Source: an uncultured Verrucomicrobiales bacterium | GTDB taxonomy: Bacteria; Verrucomicrobiota; Verrucomicrobiia; Limisphaerales; UBA1100 | Direction of reading: 5' to 3' | Assembly (NCBI GenBank): GCA_913042895.1 | Contig: CAJWMQ010000003.1 | Coordinates: 1-50,918 of the forward strand | Length of the DNA stretch: 50,918 nt | Part shown: in pieces, positions 28,284-36,871 of the stretch | How positions within the stretch are numbered: the stretch's first letter is position 1 | Layout: every line of letters begins with the position of its first letter | Program-made: the position numbers and the translations under genes | Notes under the pieces: model-generated | Told to the model about the DNA's origin: nothing | The model's input: only the letters and a program-made list of their open reading frames with translations | Databases searched by the model: none

Positions 28284-29606
28284 CTAAAACTTCCGGTACT
28301 TGCCTTTGAGCAGCGGGTTGGCTTGGGCGAGGTTGGTCACGCGCATTTTCTTGGCGTCCCACTTCAGGCGTTTGCCGGGAAATTGGCAGGCAACCACACC
28401 GAGGCATAAGGACTCGGCCAGCGGTCCGGCGTAGTCGAATCCGGCGAGGGTCTTGTCTTTGCCCTCGATAGCGTCGAGGAATTGTGTGTAGTGGTTGACG
28501 TCATTGAATTCCTTCTTGTTAACGCCATCCAGAACGGAGTCGGGATAAAAGGTGGGGATGGGGTACCCATTACCATGGGGCAGCACCATCCTGCCTGCTT
28601 CGCCCACATAGAGCGCGCCCTGTCTGGGAAGTTTGCCGCCGTTGGGTAGTTGAAGGTCGGGGTTGCCGTTGTGGCGGGGAGCCCCTTCACCGTCCCACCA
28701 AGTGAAGGTGAAATTGTCGGTGGTATATTTGGTGGGGGCAAAACCGTAGTGCACCTTATTTGTCTCGGCATGGCCAAAGCCATTAGGCGCGCGGCATTCC
28801 GCCTCGACCCACAGTGGATCTATGAGATCCAGCGATTTAAAGGGAGTATCAAAGATATGAATTCCCATGTCACCCAACGTGCCGCAACCGAAATCAAGAA
28901 TTTTCCGCCACTGACCGGGGTGATAAACTTTCTCGGTGAAGTGTCGAACCGGCGCCGTGCCGAGCCAGAGATTCCAGTCGAGCGACTCAGGCACGACAGA
29001 TTTTTCGGCGAATGGCTTGCCATCATATCCCCAGTTCTTGAAGCTCCATACGTAGACCTTCTTGATTTTACCGATGATACCCGCCTTGATGTGGTGTCGA
29101 GTGAAGCGGTAAGCAGCGCGGGACTGGTTTTGGATACCCATCTGTGTGGTGAGTTTTTTCTCCGCGGCAAATTCAGCAAGCTCTCGTGCCTCACTAAGCT
29201 TGTGCGTTAAGGGCTTCTGCGTGAAGACGTGTTTGCCAAGTTTCATTGCGGCCATTGTGGCCGGATAATGGGTATGGTCCGGTGTAGAGATCGAAACCAC
29301 GTCGACCTTGTCTCCAAGGGTCGCCAGCATCTCTCGGTAGTCTTGGAAAAACTTGGCACTTTTGTGCTTTGAAAGCCACGAATCGATCATACCGCGTTCT
29401 CGGTCTACGTCGCAGAATCCAACTGCCTGCACACGCTCGTGTTTAACTAACTCGCCGGTATCTACTCTACCTTTGCCGCCGGTGCCAATGTGGGCGGTAC
29501 AAACCCGGCTGTTGGGCGAGTTGGCCCGCAACCCGGATGGCAGCACGAAAAAGCTGCTGACGGCGGCGGATGTTTTAACGAAATTTCTGCGGGATAATTT
29601 GTTCAT
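28284..29606 (-). CDS. Tat-exported Gfo/Idh/MocA family NAD(P)-dependent oxidoreductase
   Basis: SRRNFVK twin-arginine signal, IGTGGKG, STPDHTH, QKPLTH, LDWNLWLG, GTLGDMGIH. Confidence 0.92.
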   Translation of the reverse strand: MNKLSRRNFVKTSAAVSSFFVLPSGLRANSPNSRVCTAHIGTGGKGRVDTGELVKHERVQAVGFCDVDRERGMIDSWLSKHKSAKFFQDYREMLATLGDKVDVVSISTPDHTHYPATMAAMKLGKHVFTQKPLTHKLSEARELAEFAAEKKLTTQMGIQNQSRAAYRFTRHHIKAGIIGKIKKVYVWSFKNWGYDGKPFAEKSVVPESLDWNLWLGTAPVRHFTEKVYHPGQWRKILDFGCGTLGDMGIHIFDTPFKSLDLIDPLWVEAECRAPNGFGHAETNKVHYGFAPTKYTTDNFTFTWWDGEGAPRHNGNPDLQLPNGGKLPRQGALYVGEAGRMVLPHGNGYPIPTFYPDSVLDGVNKKEFNDVNHYTQFLDAIEGKDKTLAGFDYAGPLAESLCLGVVACQFPGKRLKWDAKKMRVTNLAQANPLLKGKYRKF

Positions 29607-29628
29607 GGCGTGAGTCAATGGATGGCGG

Positions 29629-29657
29629 AGTATAGGGTGGTGGTTTGGACTTGTCGA
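29629..29657 (-). promoter_or_regulatory. Putative sigma70 promoter of the Gfo-fucD unit
   Basis: Minus strand TCGACA-17nt-TATACT, 22 nt before the ATG at 29606. Confidence 0.6.
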
Positions 29658-29736
29658 TGGGATTGGCATATTACCACGAAGACAATGTTACTTGATCGTA
29701 ACGACATGCCAGATGTTTTCTCTAAGTTATTCTAAA

Positions 29737-31140
29737 TTACTTTTCAGGATTTAGGTTTCCGCGTTCTGCAGAGAAAACTTTTCCAGTAGGTTGCGTCGGA
29801 AGAGTGGCTTCCCAGTTTTTAATTTGTTTAATGAGTTGTTGGGTTATTTCTGGGTTTTTTGAGGTAAGGTCGTTTTTCTCAAAGGGGTTTGCTGTGATGT
29901 CGTAGAGTTCTGTGTGGGTGAATTCATTGTTGGATAGGAGTTTCCAGTTTTTGTATACGACTGCGAAAGACACCCAATGGTGAGGTCGGCCTTTGGGTGC
30001 AGGCCATCGGGATTGTGCTTTCCAGAAAAGTGGTTTTTCGCGGGTGGGTGATTTCCGGCCTTTGAGTGTTTCGAGTTGGCTGACCCCGTCGGGGCGGTAG
30101 TCTGCTGGAAACTTAGCTCCGGCAAGCTCGCAGAAGGTGGGGAGAAGATCGATTGCAGAGATAAGAGACTGATTATCCACTTTTCCTGCTCCAATTTTTC
30201 CAGGCCATCGGGCAATAAATGGAACACCAATGCCGCCCTCAAATAAAGCTGCTTTGTAGCCCTTGCGACCTCCGGTTATACCCTTTGCAGCACCAATACC
30301 GTATCCTGCTCCTGTGGCAGTATCGTGCATTAGTGTTAGCTCGGTAGGGGAAGCTGCTCGAGCGGGTCCATTGTCTGAACTGAAAATTACGAGGGTGTTT
30401 TTTGTGAGTTTCAACCTGTCTAGAGCGTTAAGGACTTCGCCAATTCGATCGTCTGCGTGGGAAAGGACTGAGGCGTAGATATTATCCGGCTCGGGAAGTT
30501 CACGGAAACGCCAACGATATTTTGGGACGGTGTGGAAAGGTGTGTGGGGTTCATGTATCCAGAGGTTTATGAAGAAGGGTTTTTTCTCGTTGTTGCACTT
30601 TTCAATGAAAGCGATCGTGTGCTTGGCGTCCTCGTGCACCGGCATTTGTTCTCCGGCGCAATTGAATGCTCCATACGCATCATAACCGTATTCACTTGGG
30701 AGCGGTGAATCGGTGATCATGTTATTTGCCAGGTGCCATTTCCCAAAATGAGCGGTGCGGTATCCAGCTTTTTGCAGCATGCGTGGAAGCAGGGGGGCTT
30801 TGGGGTTTAGCCAATCGGGCATACCGCGCTTTGCATTGCTGGGTACCCAGGCAAAGTGGCCGTTGATGTTATAGCGAGCGGGAAAATGACCGGTCATTAC
30901 TGCAGTACGACTTGGGGAACAAACCCCACTTGCCACAGTGAATCGAGTAAAGTCCGTACCTTCTTTGGCAAGCCTATCGATGTGAGGGGTCTTCACATAG
31001 GGATGACCATGGCAACTGAGGTCACCCCAGCCCCAGTCGTCGGCAAAAATGAAGATGATGTTTGGTTTGGTTGCCCAAACATTAATTGTAATCACCATGC
31101 TGAAAAACATGGTAAGCAGGGCTTTTTTGTTAAAGTTCAT
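29737..31140 (-). CDS. Secreted S1 sulfatase (GalNAc-6-sulfatase-like), AT-rich coding sequence
   Basis: KPNIIFIFADDWGWGD, CSPSR, GKWHL, EPHTP, SSDNGP, KAALFEGG. Confidence 0.9.
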   Translation of the reverse strand: MNFNKKALLTMFFSMVITINVWATKPNIIFIFADDWGWGDLSCHGHPYVKTPHIDRLAKEGTDFTRFTVASGVCSPSRTAVMTGHFPARYNINGHFAWVPSNAKRGMPDWLNPKAPLLPRMLQKAGYRTAHFGKWHLANNMITDSPLPSEYGYDAYGAFNCAGEQMPVHEDAKHTIAFIEKCNNEKKPFFINLWIHEPHTPFHTVPKYRWRFRELPEPDNIYASVLSHADDRIGEVLNALDRLKLTKNTLVIFSSDNGPARAASPTELTLMHDTATGAGYGIGAAKGITGGRKGYKAALFEGGIGVPFIARWPGKIGAGKVDNQSLISAIDLLPTFCELAGAKFPADYRPDGVSQLETLKGRKSPTREKPLFWKAQSRWPAPKGRPHHWVSFAVVYKNWKLLSNNEFTHTELYDITANPFEKNDLTSKNPEITQQLIKQIKNWEATLPTQPTGKVFSAERGNLNPEK

Positions 31141-31294
31141 GGTTAAAATTTTTCGATTTTCATGACCCACCCCTTGGTGAGTAAACGTGGCGTGTGCTCC
31201 CTGTTTGATTTTACCATCATTATCTTGCGGATGGGTCTTAGCCTTGAAGCGATCGCCCGATCAATCCTGTAATTGATCAAGACCGCCATAGTCT

Positions 31295-32620
31295 TTATTT
31301 TGATCGCAACCCTGCCGTGTTTACGGTCATCACTTTGAAGCCTCTTTTACTGAGAGTGACGGTGTCTTTCAGGGTGTATTCCATTTTTGCCAGCGGCACG
31401 GTCGGGGTGTCGCTGTATTGTAGGCCTTGAAAGAGCGGGCGGCCGAAGCGGTTGCTCGGCTGCTCGGGCACGGTGGCGATAGTGCGGCTGCCCTGAACAA
31501 TGATGAAATGAGAAATGCCGCTTTCCAAATCAGCTTCAGCGGTCCAAGTCAGCGTGCGGCCGGTCCATTTCACGTCCTTGGGTGCAGGCGGCGGGGTGGT
31601 ATCGATCACCTTGGTATCCGTCACGTACTGCATCCATTTTTGGGCAATGGCCTTGTTGGGAAGCCAGGTGCCCTTATGGTTGTCGCCATTAAACGCCGCA
31701 GCGGGTACAGCCGTAACATCGAGTAACGGAGCGAGCCAAGCGCCCTGTGTGGGCATGGGCTTGAGCGGTTGACCGGGCTGGGCGGGCAGGCGGGCGGTAA
31801 GGCAGGTGTCGAGCCACGGGATGGCGAGGTAGCGTTGGTTGCCGCATTCATGGGCGGAAAGCGGATCAATCGCCATGCCGAGCAGACCTCCGTGACTGCG
31901 GACGGTGTTGAAAAAAGTTTCATTCATGGGCCACACGCGGGCGAAGCGGCCGGTCTTGACGGTGACGCCTTCCTTGGTGCCGGGGTTGCACATCATCGGC
32001 ACGCCGAGCGCCGCCTTGGGCAGGGTGTGCGGCTTGATGGTAGGCCGATCGGGATTAGCCGCGAGGAAAGGCACGCCGGAGCGCAGCCAGGCGGCGGCCA
32101 CGCGCTTGGGGTGCAGCATTACCATGCCGCCGGCCCAATGTCCGCCGCCGCTGTGGCCCCAGAGCGCCCACGGTACGGTGGCCAGTTCGTCGTGTCCGCT
32201 AAGTTTGCCCAGCTCAACGAGCGCCTCCTGAAAAGCCTTGCTGGAGCCATTGCGCGGATCGCACCACATTTGGCAATCGGCCTTTTGCGGTTGCTCGTAT
32301 GAAGGGGCCAGCAGGGCGCAGTCGTGTTTTTTGGCGAGCGCTTGCCAATGCAGATCGAACGCGCCGGTCTGGCCGGACTTACACGAGCCTTCCCCGCAAC
32401 CATGTTGATGTACCACCACACCCCGTAGGGTTTTAACGTCATTGGGAATCCAAACCGTGTATTGCACTGGATAAATCAATTCGCCCGGTTTGGTGGAAGC
32501 CTCGAACCGCATGCGATAGTACGGCGGCTTCACATCCGGCGGATTATCGTACGGCGCCTTTTGGGCGGGGAGCGTGACCGTAAGGGCGAGCAGAATCAGG
32601 ATGGCGTGGCGCAGGTTCAT
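31295..32620 (-). CDS. Secreted hypothetical alpha/beta-hydrolase-fold protein with C-terminal FN3-like domain
   Basis: Signal [19 protein letters not shown]; HQHGCG, WGHSGGG (GxSxG), HECGN; C-terminal [24 protein letters not shown]. Confidence 0.65.
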   Translation of the reverse strand: MNLRHAILILLALTVTLPAQKAPYDNPPDVKPPYYRMRFEASTKPGELIYPVQYTVWIPNDVKTLRGVVVHQHGCGEGSCKSGQTGAFDLHWQALAKKHDCALLAPSYEQPQKADCQMWCDPRNGSSKAFQEALVELGKLSGHDELATVPWALWGHSGGGHWAGGMVMLHPKRVAAAWLRSGVPFLAANPDRPTIKPHTLPKAALGVPMMCNPGTKEGVTVKTGRFARVWPMNETFFNTVRSHGGLLGMAIDPLSAHECGNQRYLAIPWLDTCLTARLPAQPGQPLKPMPTQGAWLAPLLDVTAVPAAAFNGDNHKGTWLPNKAIAQKWMQYVTDTKVIDTTPPPAPKDVKWTGRTLTWTAEADLESGISHFIIVQGSRTIATVPEQPSNRFGRPLFQGLQYSDTPTVPLAKMEYTLKDTVTLSKRGFKVMTVNTAGLRSK

Positions 32621-32632
32621 GATGAGGGCACC

Positions 32633-32710
32633 AGTGTCAGGCGGGTGTGAGGTGGGGTCAATGGGGAAAACCGCCTGCGGGCTTGATTCACGGAAGGGAT
32701 CGGGCACACT
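32633..32710. promoter_or_regulatory. Back-to-back divergent sigma70-like promoters
   Basis: Minus: TTGACC-17-GACACT-12nt-ATG (32620). Plus: TTGATT-16-CACACT-6nt-ATG (32717). Confidence 0.55.
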
Positions 32711-32716
32711 GCGCGC

Positions 32717-33316
32717 ATGTACTCCAAGCTTTTGGGTGTGTTGTTGTGGGCCGGGTTGGCCGGCGGGACTATGGCGGAGCCGATTTTAAAACCGCTGTTT
32801 AACGGCAAGGATCTTTCCGGCTGGAAGGTGCCCACGGGCAATGACGCGGCCGGCTGGTATAAGGCGGTTGATGGCGTCTTGAAAATTCAAAGCGGACCGA
32901 AGAAGAAGGGCTCAGTGCTGTGGACGGAAAAGGCGTACGGTAATTTTATGATGGAGCTGGAGTTCCGCTTTGGTGAAGGCGTGGTGGACAGTGGCGTGCA
33001 CGTGCGTAACAAAGACCAGATTCAGATCGGCATCAGCGGCTCACTAAAGCGGGACATGACCTGCTCGCCTTACATCCCCGGTAAGGGCTATCCGGTGGAG
33101 GCCAAAAATATCAAGAAGCTGCTGAAGGCAAAGGACTGGAACCACATGCGCATTCAGGCCATCGGCAAGGAATACACCGTGTGGTTGCAGGGCGAAAAGG
33201 TGATGACCTACCAGAGCGACTCGGCCATCCCGGAAGGCCCCATCGGCATTCAACTGCACGGCAACCGCAACATGGCGATCGACTTCCGCAAGCTAGGCAT
33301 TCTCCAACTCAAATAA
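32717..33316 (+). CDS. Secreted DUF1080 domain protein (3-keto-disaccharide hydrolase family)
   Basis: [47 protein letters not shown]. Confidence 0.9.
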   Translation: MYSKLLGVLLWAGLAGGTMAEPILKPLFNGKDLSGWKVPTGNDAAGWYKAVDGVLKIQSGPKKKGSVLWTEKAYGNFMMELEFRFGEGVVDSGVHVRNKDQIQIGISGSLKRDMTCSPYIPGKGYPVEAKNIKKLLKAKDWNHMRIQAIGKEYTVWLQGEKVMTYQSDSAIPEGPIGIQLHGNRNMAIDFRKLGILQLK

Positions 33317-33329
33317 TCTGGTTTAAAAA

Positions 33330-34382
33330 ATGAAAACTATCCATATCGCACTCGCTCTCTTCTTGCAATTGGCCGCCTTCGCCGTGGCCGGTCCGCTGGT
33401 TTATGAGGGCACCGAAGGGCCCGGCAAGGGCAAACACATCGTCTTCATCGCCAGCGACCACGAATATCGCGGCGAGGAAACCTGCCCGGCCATCGCGCGC
33501 ATCCTGGCCAAGCGCTATGGCTTCAAGTGCACCGTGCTCTTTGGGCTCGATGAAAACGGCCACATCAAGGCGGGTTCCTCTGATGTCCCCGGCATCGAGT
33601 CGCTCAGGGATGCGGACATGATGTTTCTCTTCCTGCGTTTCTTGGCACCGAGCGATGCATGGATGAAGCAATTCACCGCATATCTCGATCGCGGTGGTCC
33701 CGTGCTTGGCTTGCGCACCACCACGCATGCCTTCAACGGCCTTAAGGGCAAGTACGCTTATTACAACTTCAATTCGCGCGACGAGAAGTATGACTGGGGT
33801 TTTGGGCGTCAGGTACTCGGTGAAACGTGGCGGCCGCGTGAAGGAGCAGGCCATTACGGGAAAAATCACAAGTTCAGCACACGCATGTTTGTGGTGCCGG
33901 AACATAAGAAGCATCCGGTGATGCGCGGTGTGAAAGATATGCACGCCCTGGCCGGTGCCTATAGCGCGGTACCGATTGAAGGCTCGGTGATCCTCGGTAA
34001 AAATCAGGTGCTCGATTCCATGAAGCCTGATGGTAAACCGTTGGCCGACAAGCCGCCCAGCCCGAGCATTTGGGTGCGCGAATACACATCGGCCAAAGGC
34101 AAGAAAGGCCGCGTGTTTTGTAGTACGCAGGGTGGTTCGGAAGATATCATCAGCGAAGGCGTGCGCCGCTGCATCATCAATGGCGTCTTTTGGTGCATGG
34201 GCATGGAAAAGGAAATACAGGCGACCATGAATGTTGACTTCGTTGGGGCTTATCAGCCAACTCCTTTTACCAATGGTGGCGAAGCGCAAAACGTTAAGCC
34301 CGCCGACCTTGCCGGTTGGGAAAGCCCCATTATGCCCAAGGGCGAGAAACATGCGCCGAAGCGGACCGTGAAACGCAACTAG
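33330..34382 (+). CDS. Secreted ThuA-like (class I glutamine amidotransferase-like fold) protein
   Basis: HIVFIASDHEYRGEE, GLRTTTHAF, HPVMRGV, GRVFCSTQG, RRCIINGVFW. Confidence 0.75.
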   Translation: MKTIHIALALFLQLAAFAVAGPLVYEGTEGPGKGKHIVFIASDHEYRGEETCPAIARILAKRYGFKCTVLFGLDENGHIKAGSSDVPGIESLRDADMMFLFLRFLAPSDAWMKQFTAYLDRGGPVLGLRTTTHAFNGLKGKYAYYNFNSRDEKYDWGFGRQVLGETWRPREGAGHYGKNHKFSTRMFVVPEHKKHPVMRGVKDMHALAGAYSAVPIEGSVILGKNQVLDSMKPDGKPLADKPPSPSIWVREYTSAKGKKGRVFCSTQGGSEDIISEGVRRCIINGVFWCMGMEKEIQATMNVDFVGAYQPTPFTNGGEAQNVKPADLAGWESPIMPKGEKHAPKRTVKRN

Positions 34383-34415
34383 TTCCTTTTTTATTTGATC
34401 CGGTGGCGAAGTTCA

Positions 34416-34466
34416 GGCCGCGTTGCCCATGGTCTGCATGAGCGCAAATCCCCATAGGGCAAGGCC
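34416..34466. terminator. Imperfect hairpin between convergent genes; possible bidirectional terminator
   Basis: ggcc..ttgccc-atgg pairs with ccat-a-gggcaa-ggcc; no clean adjacent U-tract. Confidence 0.3.
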
Positions 34467-34501
34467 GAGCAGAGACAGAGTTTGAGGGCACTGGAGGTAA
34501 G

Positions 34502-36784
34502 TCAATTGGCCGCTTCCACTGTGATAATGATGGATTTGGAGGTGGGCGTGTTGCTAACGCGTGCGGTGCTTTCGAGTGGGACGAGGACGTTGGTCTCGGG
34601 GAAATAGGCCGCCGCACAGCCGCGGGGCAGTTCGTAGGGCAGGGCGAGGAAGAGCTTGGCTTCGCGGGTTTCGCCCTGCCAATGGCTGGTGAGGTTCACG
34701 GGCTGCTCGGGCTCCAGTCCGCGCGCGGTCATGTCCTCACGATTGAGAAACACCACCCGGCGTTCGCCACGGACACCGCGGTATCGGTCGTCCATGCCGT
34801 AGATGGTGGTGTTGAATTGGTCATGGCTTCGGATGGTCATGAGCACCAGTTGATCGTCCGTAAGCTCCAGAGGTTCCAGCGGATGAATGCTGAAAGGCGC
34901 TTTGTCCTCTTGCGCAAAGCGGCGTTCCTTGGCGTTGTTGGGTAAGTAAAATCCGCCGGGCTCGGTTGCGCGTTGTTCAAAATTATCAAACCCGGCAACG
35001 GTTTTTTCGATGCGTTTTCGGATCAGGGTGTAGTCCTCGGCAAAATCAGCCCAAGGTGTGTCATCCTCGGTCAATACCGCCTTCGCCATGCCAGCGACAA
35101 TGGCGGGTTCACTACGCACAGTGAGGCTGATTGGTTCCAGTTTGCCGTGCGAGGCGTGCACGATACTCATGGAGTTTTCCACCGTTACAAATTGGTCACC
35201 ATCCTTTTCACTACGGCCGAGGCAGGGTAGGATCAGTGCTTGTTGGCCGGTGATGAGATGACTGCGATTAAGTTTGGTGGACACCTGCACGGTCAGTCGG
35301 CATCGGCGCAGACCTTCGGCGACGACTTTTACATCCGGGGTGGCCGAGAGAAAATTGCCGCCAAGGGCAATAAACACTTTGCCGCGGCCATCGCGCATGG
35401 CGCGGATGGATTGCACCACGTCCAGACCGGGTTCGGTTGGCGGGGTAAAACGGAACTCCCTACCCAGCGCCTTCAGAAATGCTGGAGGGGCGTTGGTGGT
35501 GATGCCCATGGTGCGGTCGCCTTGCACGTTACTGTGCCCGCGTATAGGGCAGAGGCCGGCGCCGGGTTTGCCGATATTGCCGCGTAGAAGATGGAGATTC
35601 ACCAATTCTTGAATGCAGGCCACCGCGGTGGTGTGTTGGGTCAGGCCCATGGCCCAGCAGGAGATCACCGATCGGGCCCGGCGATAGGTGTCAGCAGCGG
35701 CTTCAATTTCCTTGCGGTTGAGACCACTTTGTTCCGTGAGTTCATCCCACTCCACCGCCTCGACCGCGGTACGCCATTCGTCGAAGCCAGTGGTGTGTTG
35801 ATCGATAAATTCCTGATCCAGCACGGTGCCGGGCGCCTCGGCTTCGGCGGCGAGCAAGGCCTTTTGCATTCCCTTTAGCAGCGCCATGTCACCATTAATT
35901 TTCACCTGCAGATATTGCTCGGTCAACGGCGTGGCCATGCCGAGCATGCCGCTCACTTCCTGCGGATGCGCGAAGCCGAGCAGGCCTGCTTCCTTCAGGG
36001 GATTCACCGCCACGATTTCGGCGCCGTTACGCTTGGCGGCCTGCAGCGAACTCAGCATGCGTGGATGATTGGTGCCGGGGTTTTGGCCGAAAATGAAAAT
36101 AGCACCAGCTTCCTCGAAATCCTGCAGGCTTACGGTGCCTTTGCCGATGCCGATGGTGGCCTTGAGCGCGGCGCCACTGGATTCGTGGCACATGTTCGAG
36201 CAGTCGGGCAGGTTGTTGGTGCCAAACCGGCGGGCCATGAGCTGGTACAGATACGCGGCCTCATTCACCGTGCGGCCGGATGTGTAAAAGATCGCTTCGT
36301 TGGGCGACGACAGTGCGTGCAGTTCCTCAGCGATCAGGCTGAAGGCGTCGTCCCAAGCGATCGGTTCATAATGCGTGGCGCCCTTGCGCAAGACCATCGG
36401 TTCGGTGAGGCGGCCCTGCAGTTCGTGCCAGTGATCGGTTTGTGCGGCCAGCTCGGCGACTGAATGGGTTTTGAAAAACGCGGCGTCGCAACGGTTGCGA
36501 TTGGCGGCTTCGGAGGCCAGTGCCTTGGCGCCGTTCTCACAAAACTCCGTGGCGGCCCGGTGCCCATCGGGATCCGGCCAGGCGCAGCTGGGGCAATCGA
36601 AGCCGTCCTTCTGGTTCAGGCCCAGCCAGGACTTTAGCGCACGGCCGGCACCTGATTCCCGCAGTGCATGCTTCATGGAGCTGGTCACCGCTGGCAGGCC
36701 CGCAGCGGACTGTGCCGGCGTGCTCCGTTGCAGGTCGGTAAATTCCTCGGGATTTTCCGCGGCCGGTTGTGTGGCTTTCGCCAT
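34502..36784 (-). CDS. FdhF/YdeP family molybdopterin oxidoreductase (formate dehydrogenase alpha-like)
   Basis: GFDCPSCAWPD, EFCENGAKA, FYTSGR, GTNNLPDCSNMCHESSG, RGHSNVQGDRTMG, RSHDQFNTTIYG. Confidence 0.93.
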   Translation of the reverse strand: MAKATQPAAENPEEFTDLQRSTPAQSAAGLPAVTSSMKHALRESGAGRALKSWLGLNQKDGFDCPSCAWPDPDGHRAATEFCENGAKALASEAANRNRCDAAFFKTHSVAELAAQTDHWHELQGRLTEPMVLRKGATHYEPIAWDDAFSLIAEELHALSSPNEAIFYTSGRTVNEAAYLYQLMARRFGTNNLPDCSNMCHESSGAALKATIGIGKGTVSLQDFEEAGAIFIFGQNPGTNHPRMLSSLQAAKRNGAEIVAVNPLKEAGLLGFAHPQEVSGMLGMATPLTEQYLQVKINGDMALLKGMQKALLAAEAEAPGTVLDQEFIDQHTTGFDEWRTAVEAVEWDELTEQSGLNRKEIEAAADTYRRARSVISCWAMGLTQHTTAVACIQELVNLHLLRGNIGKPGAGLCPIRGHSNVQGDRTMGITTNAPPAFLKALGREFRFTPPTEPGLDVVQSIRAMRDGRGKVFIALGGNFLSATPDVKVVAEGLRRCRLTVQVSTKLNRSHLITGQQALILPCLGRSEKDGDQFVTVENSMSIVHASHGKLEPISLTVRSEPAIVAGMAKAVLTEDDTPWADFAEDYTLIRKRIEKTVAGFDNFEQRATEPGGFYLPNNAKERRFAQEDKAPFSIHPLEPLELTDDQLVLMTIRSHDQFNTTIYGMDDRYRGVRGERRVVFLNREDMTARGLEPEQPVNLTSHWQGETREAKLFLALPYELPRGCAAAYFPETNVLVPLESTARVSNTPTSKSIIITVEAAN

Positions 36785-36792
36785 GTACGGGC

Positions 36793-36865
36793 ATCATCCA
36801 AAAATCCGCCGTTTATTCAATCCTCAACCGCCTGCTTTGACATGCCCAAATCAGCTGCCTAGACT
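36793..36865. promoter_or_regulatory. Divergent sigma70-like promoters; the plus-strand one is positioned for a leaderless mRNA
   Basis: Plus: TTGACA(36837)-17-TAGACT-6nt-GTG (36872). Minus: TTGAAT-16-GATGAT-8nt-ATG (36784). Confidence 0.65.
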
Positions 36866-36871
36866 GGTCGC

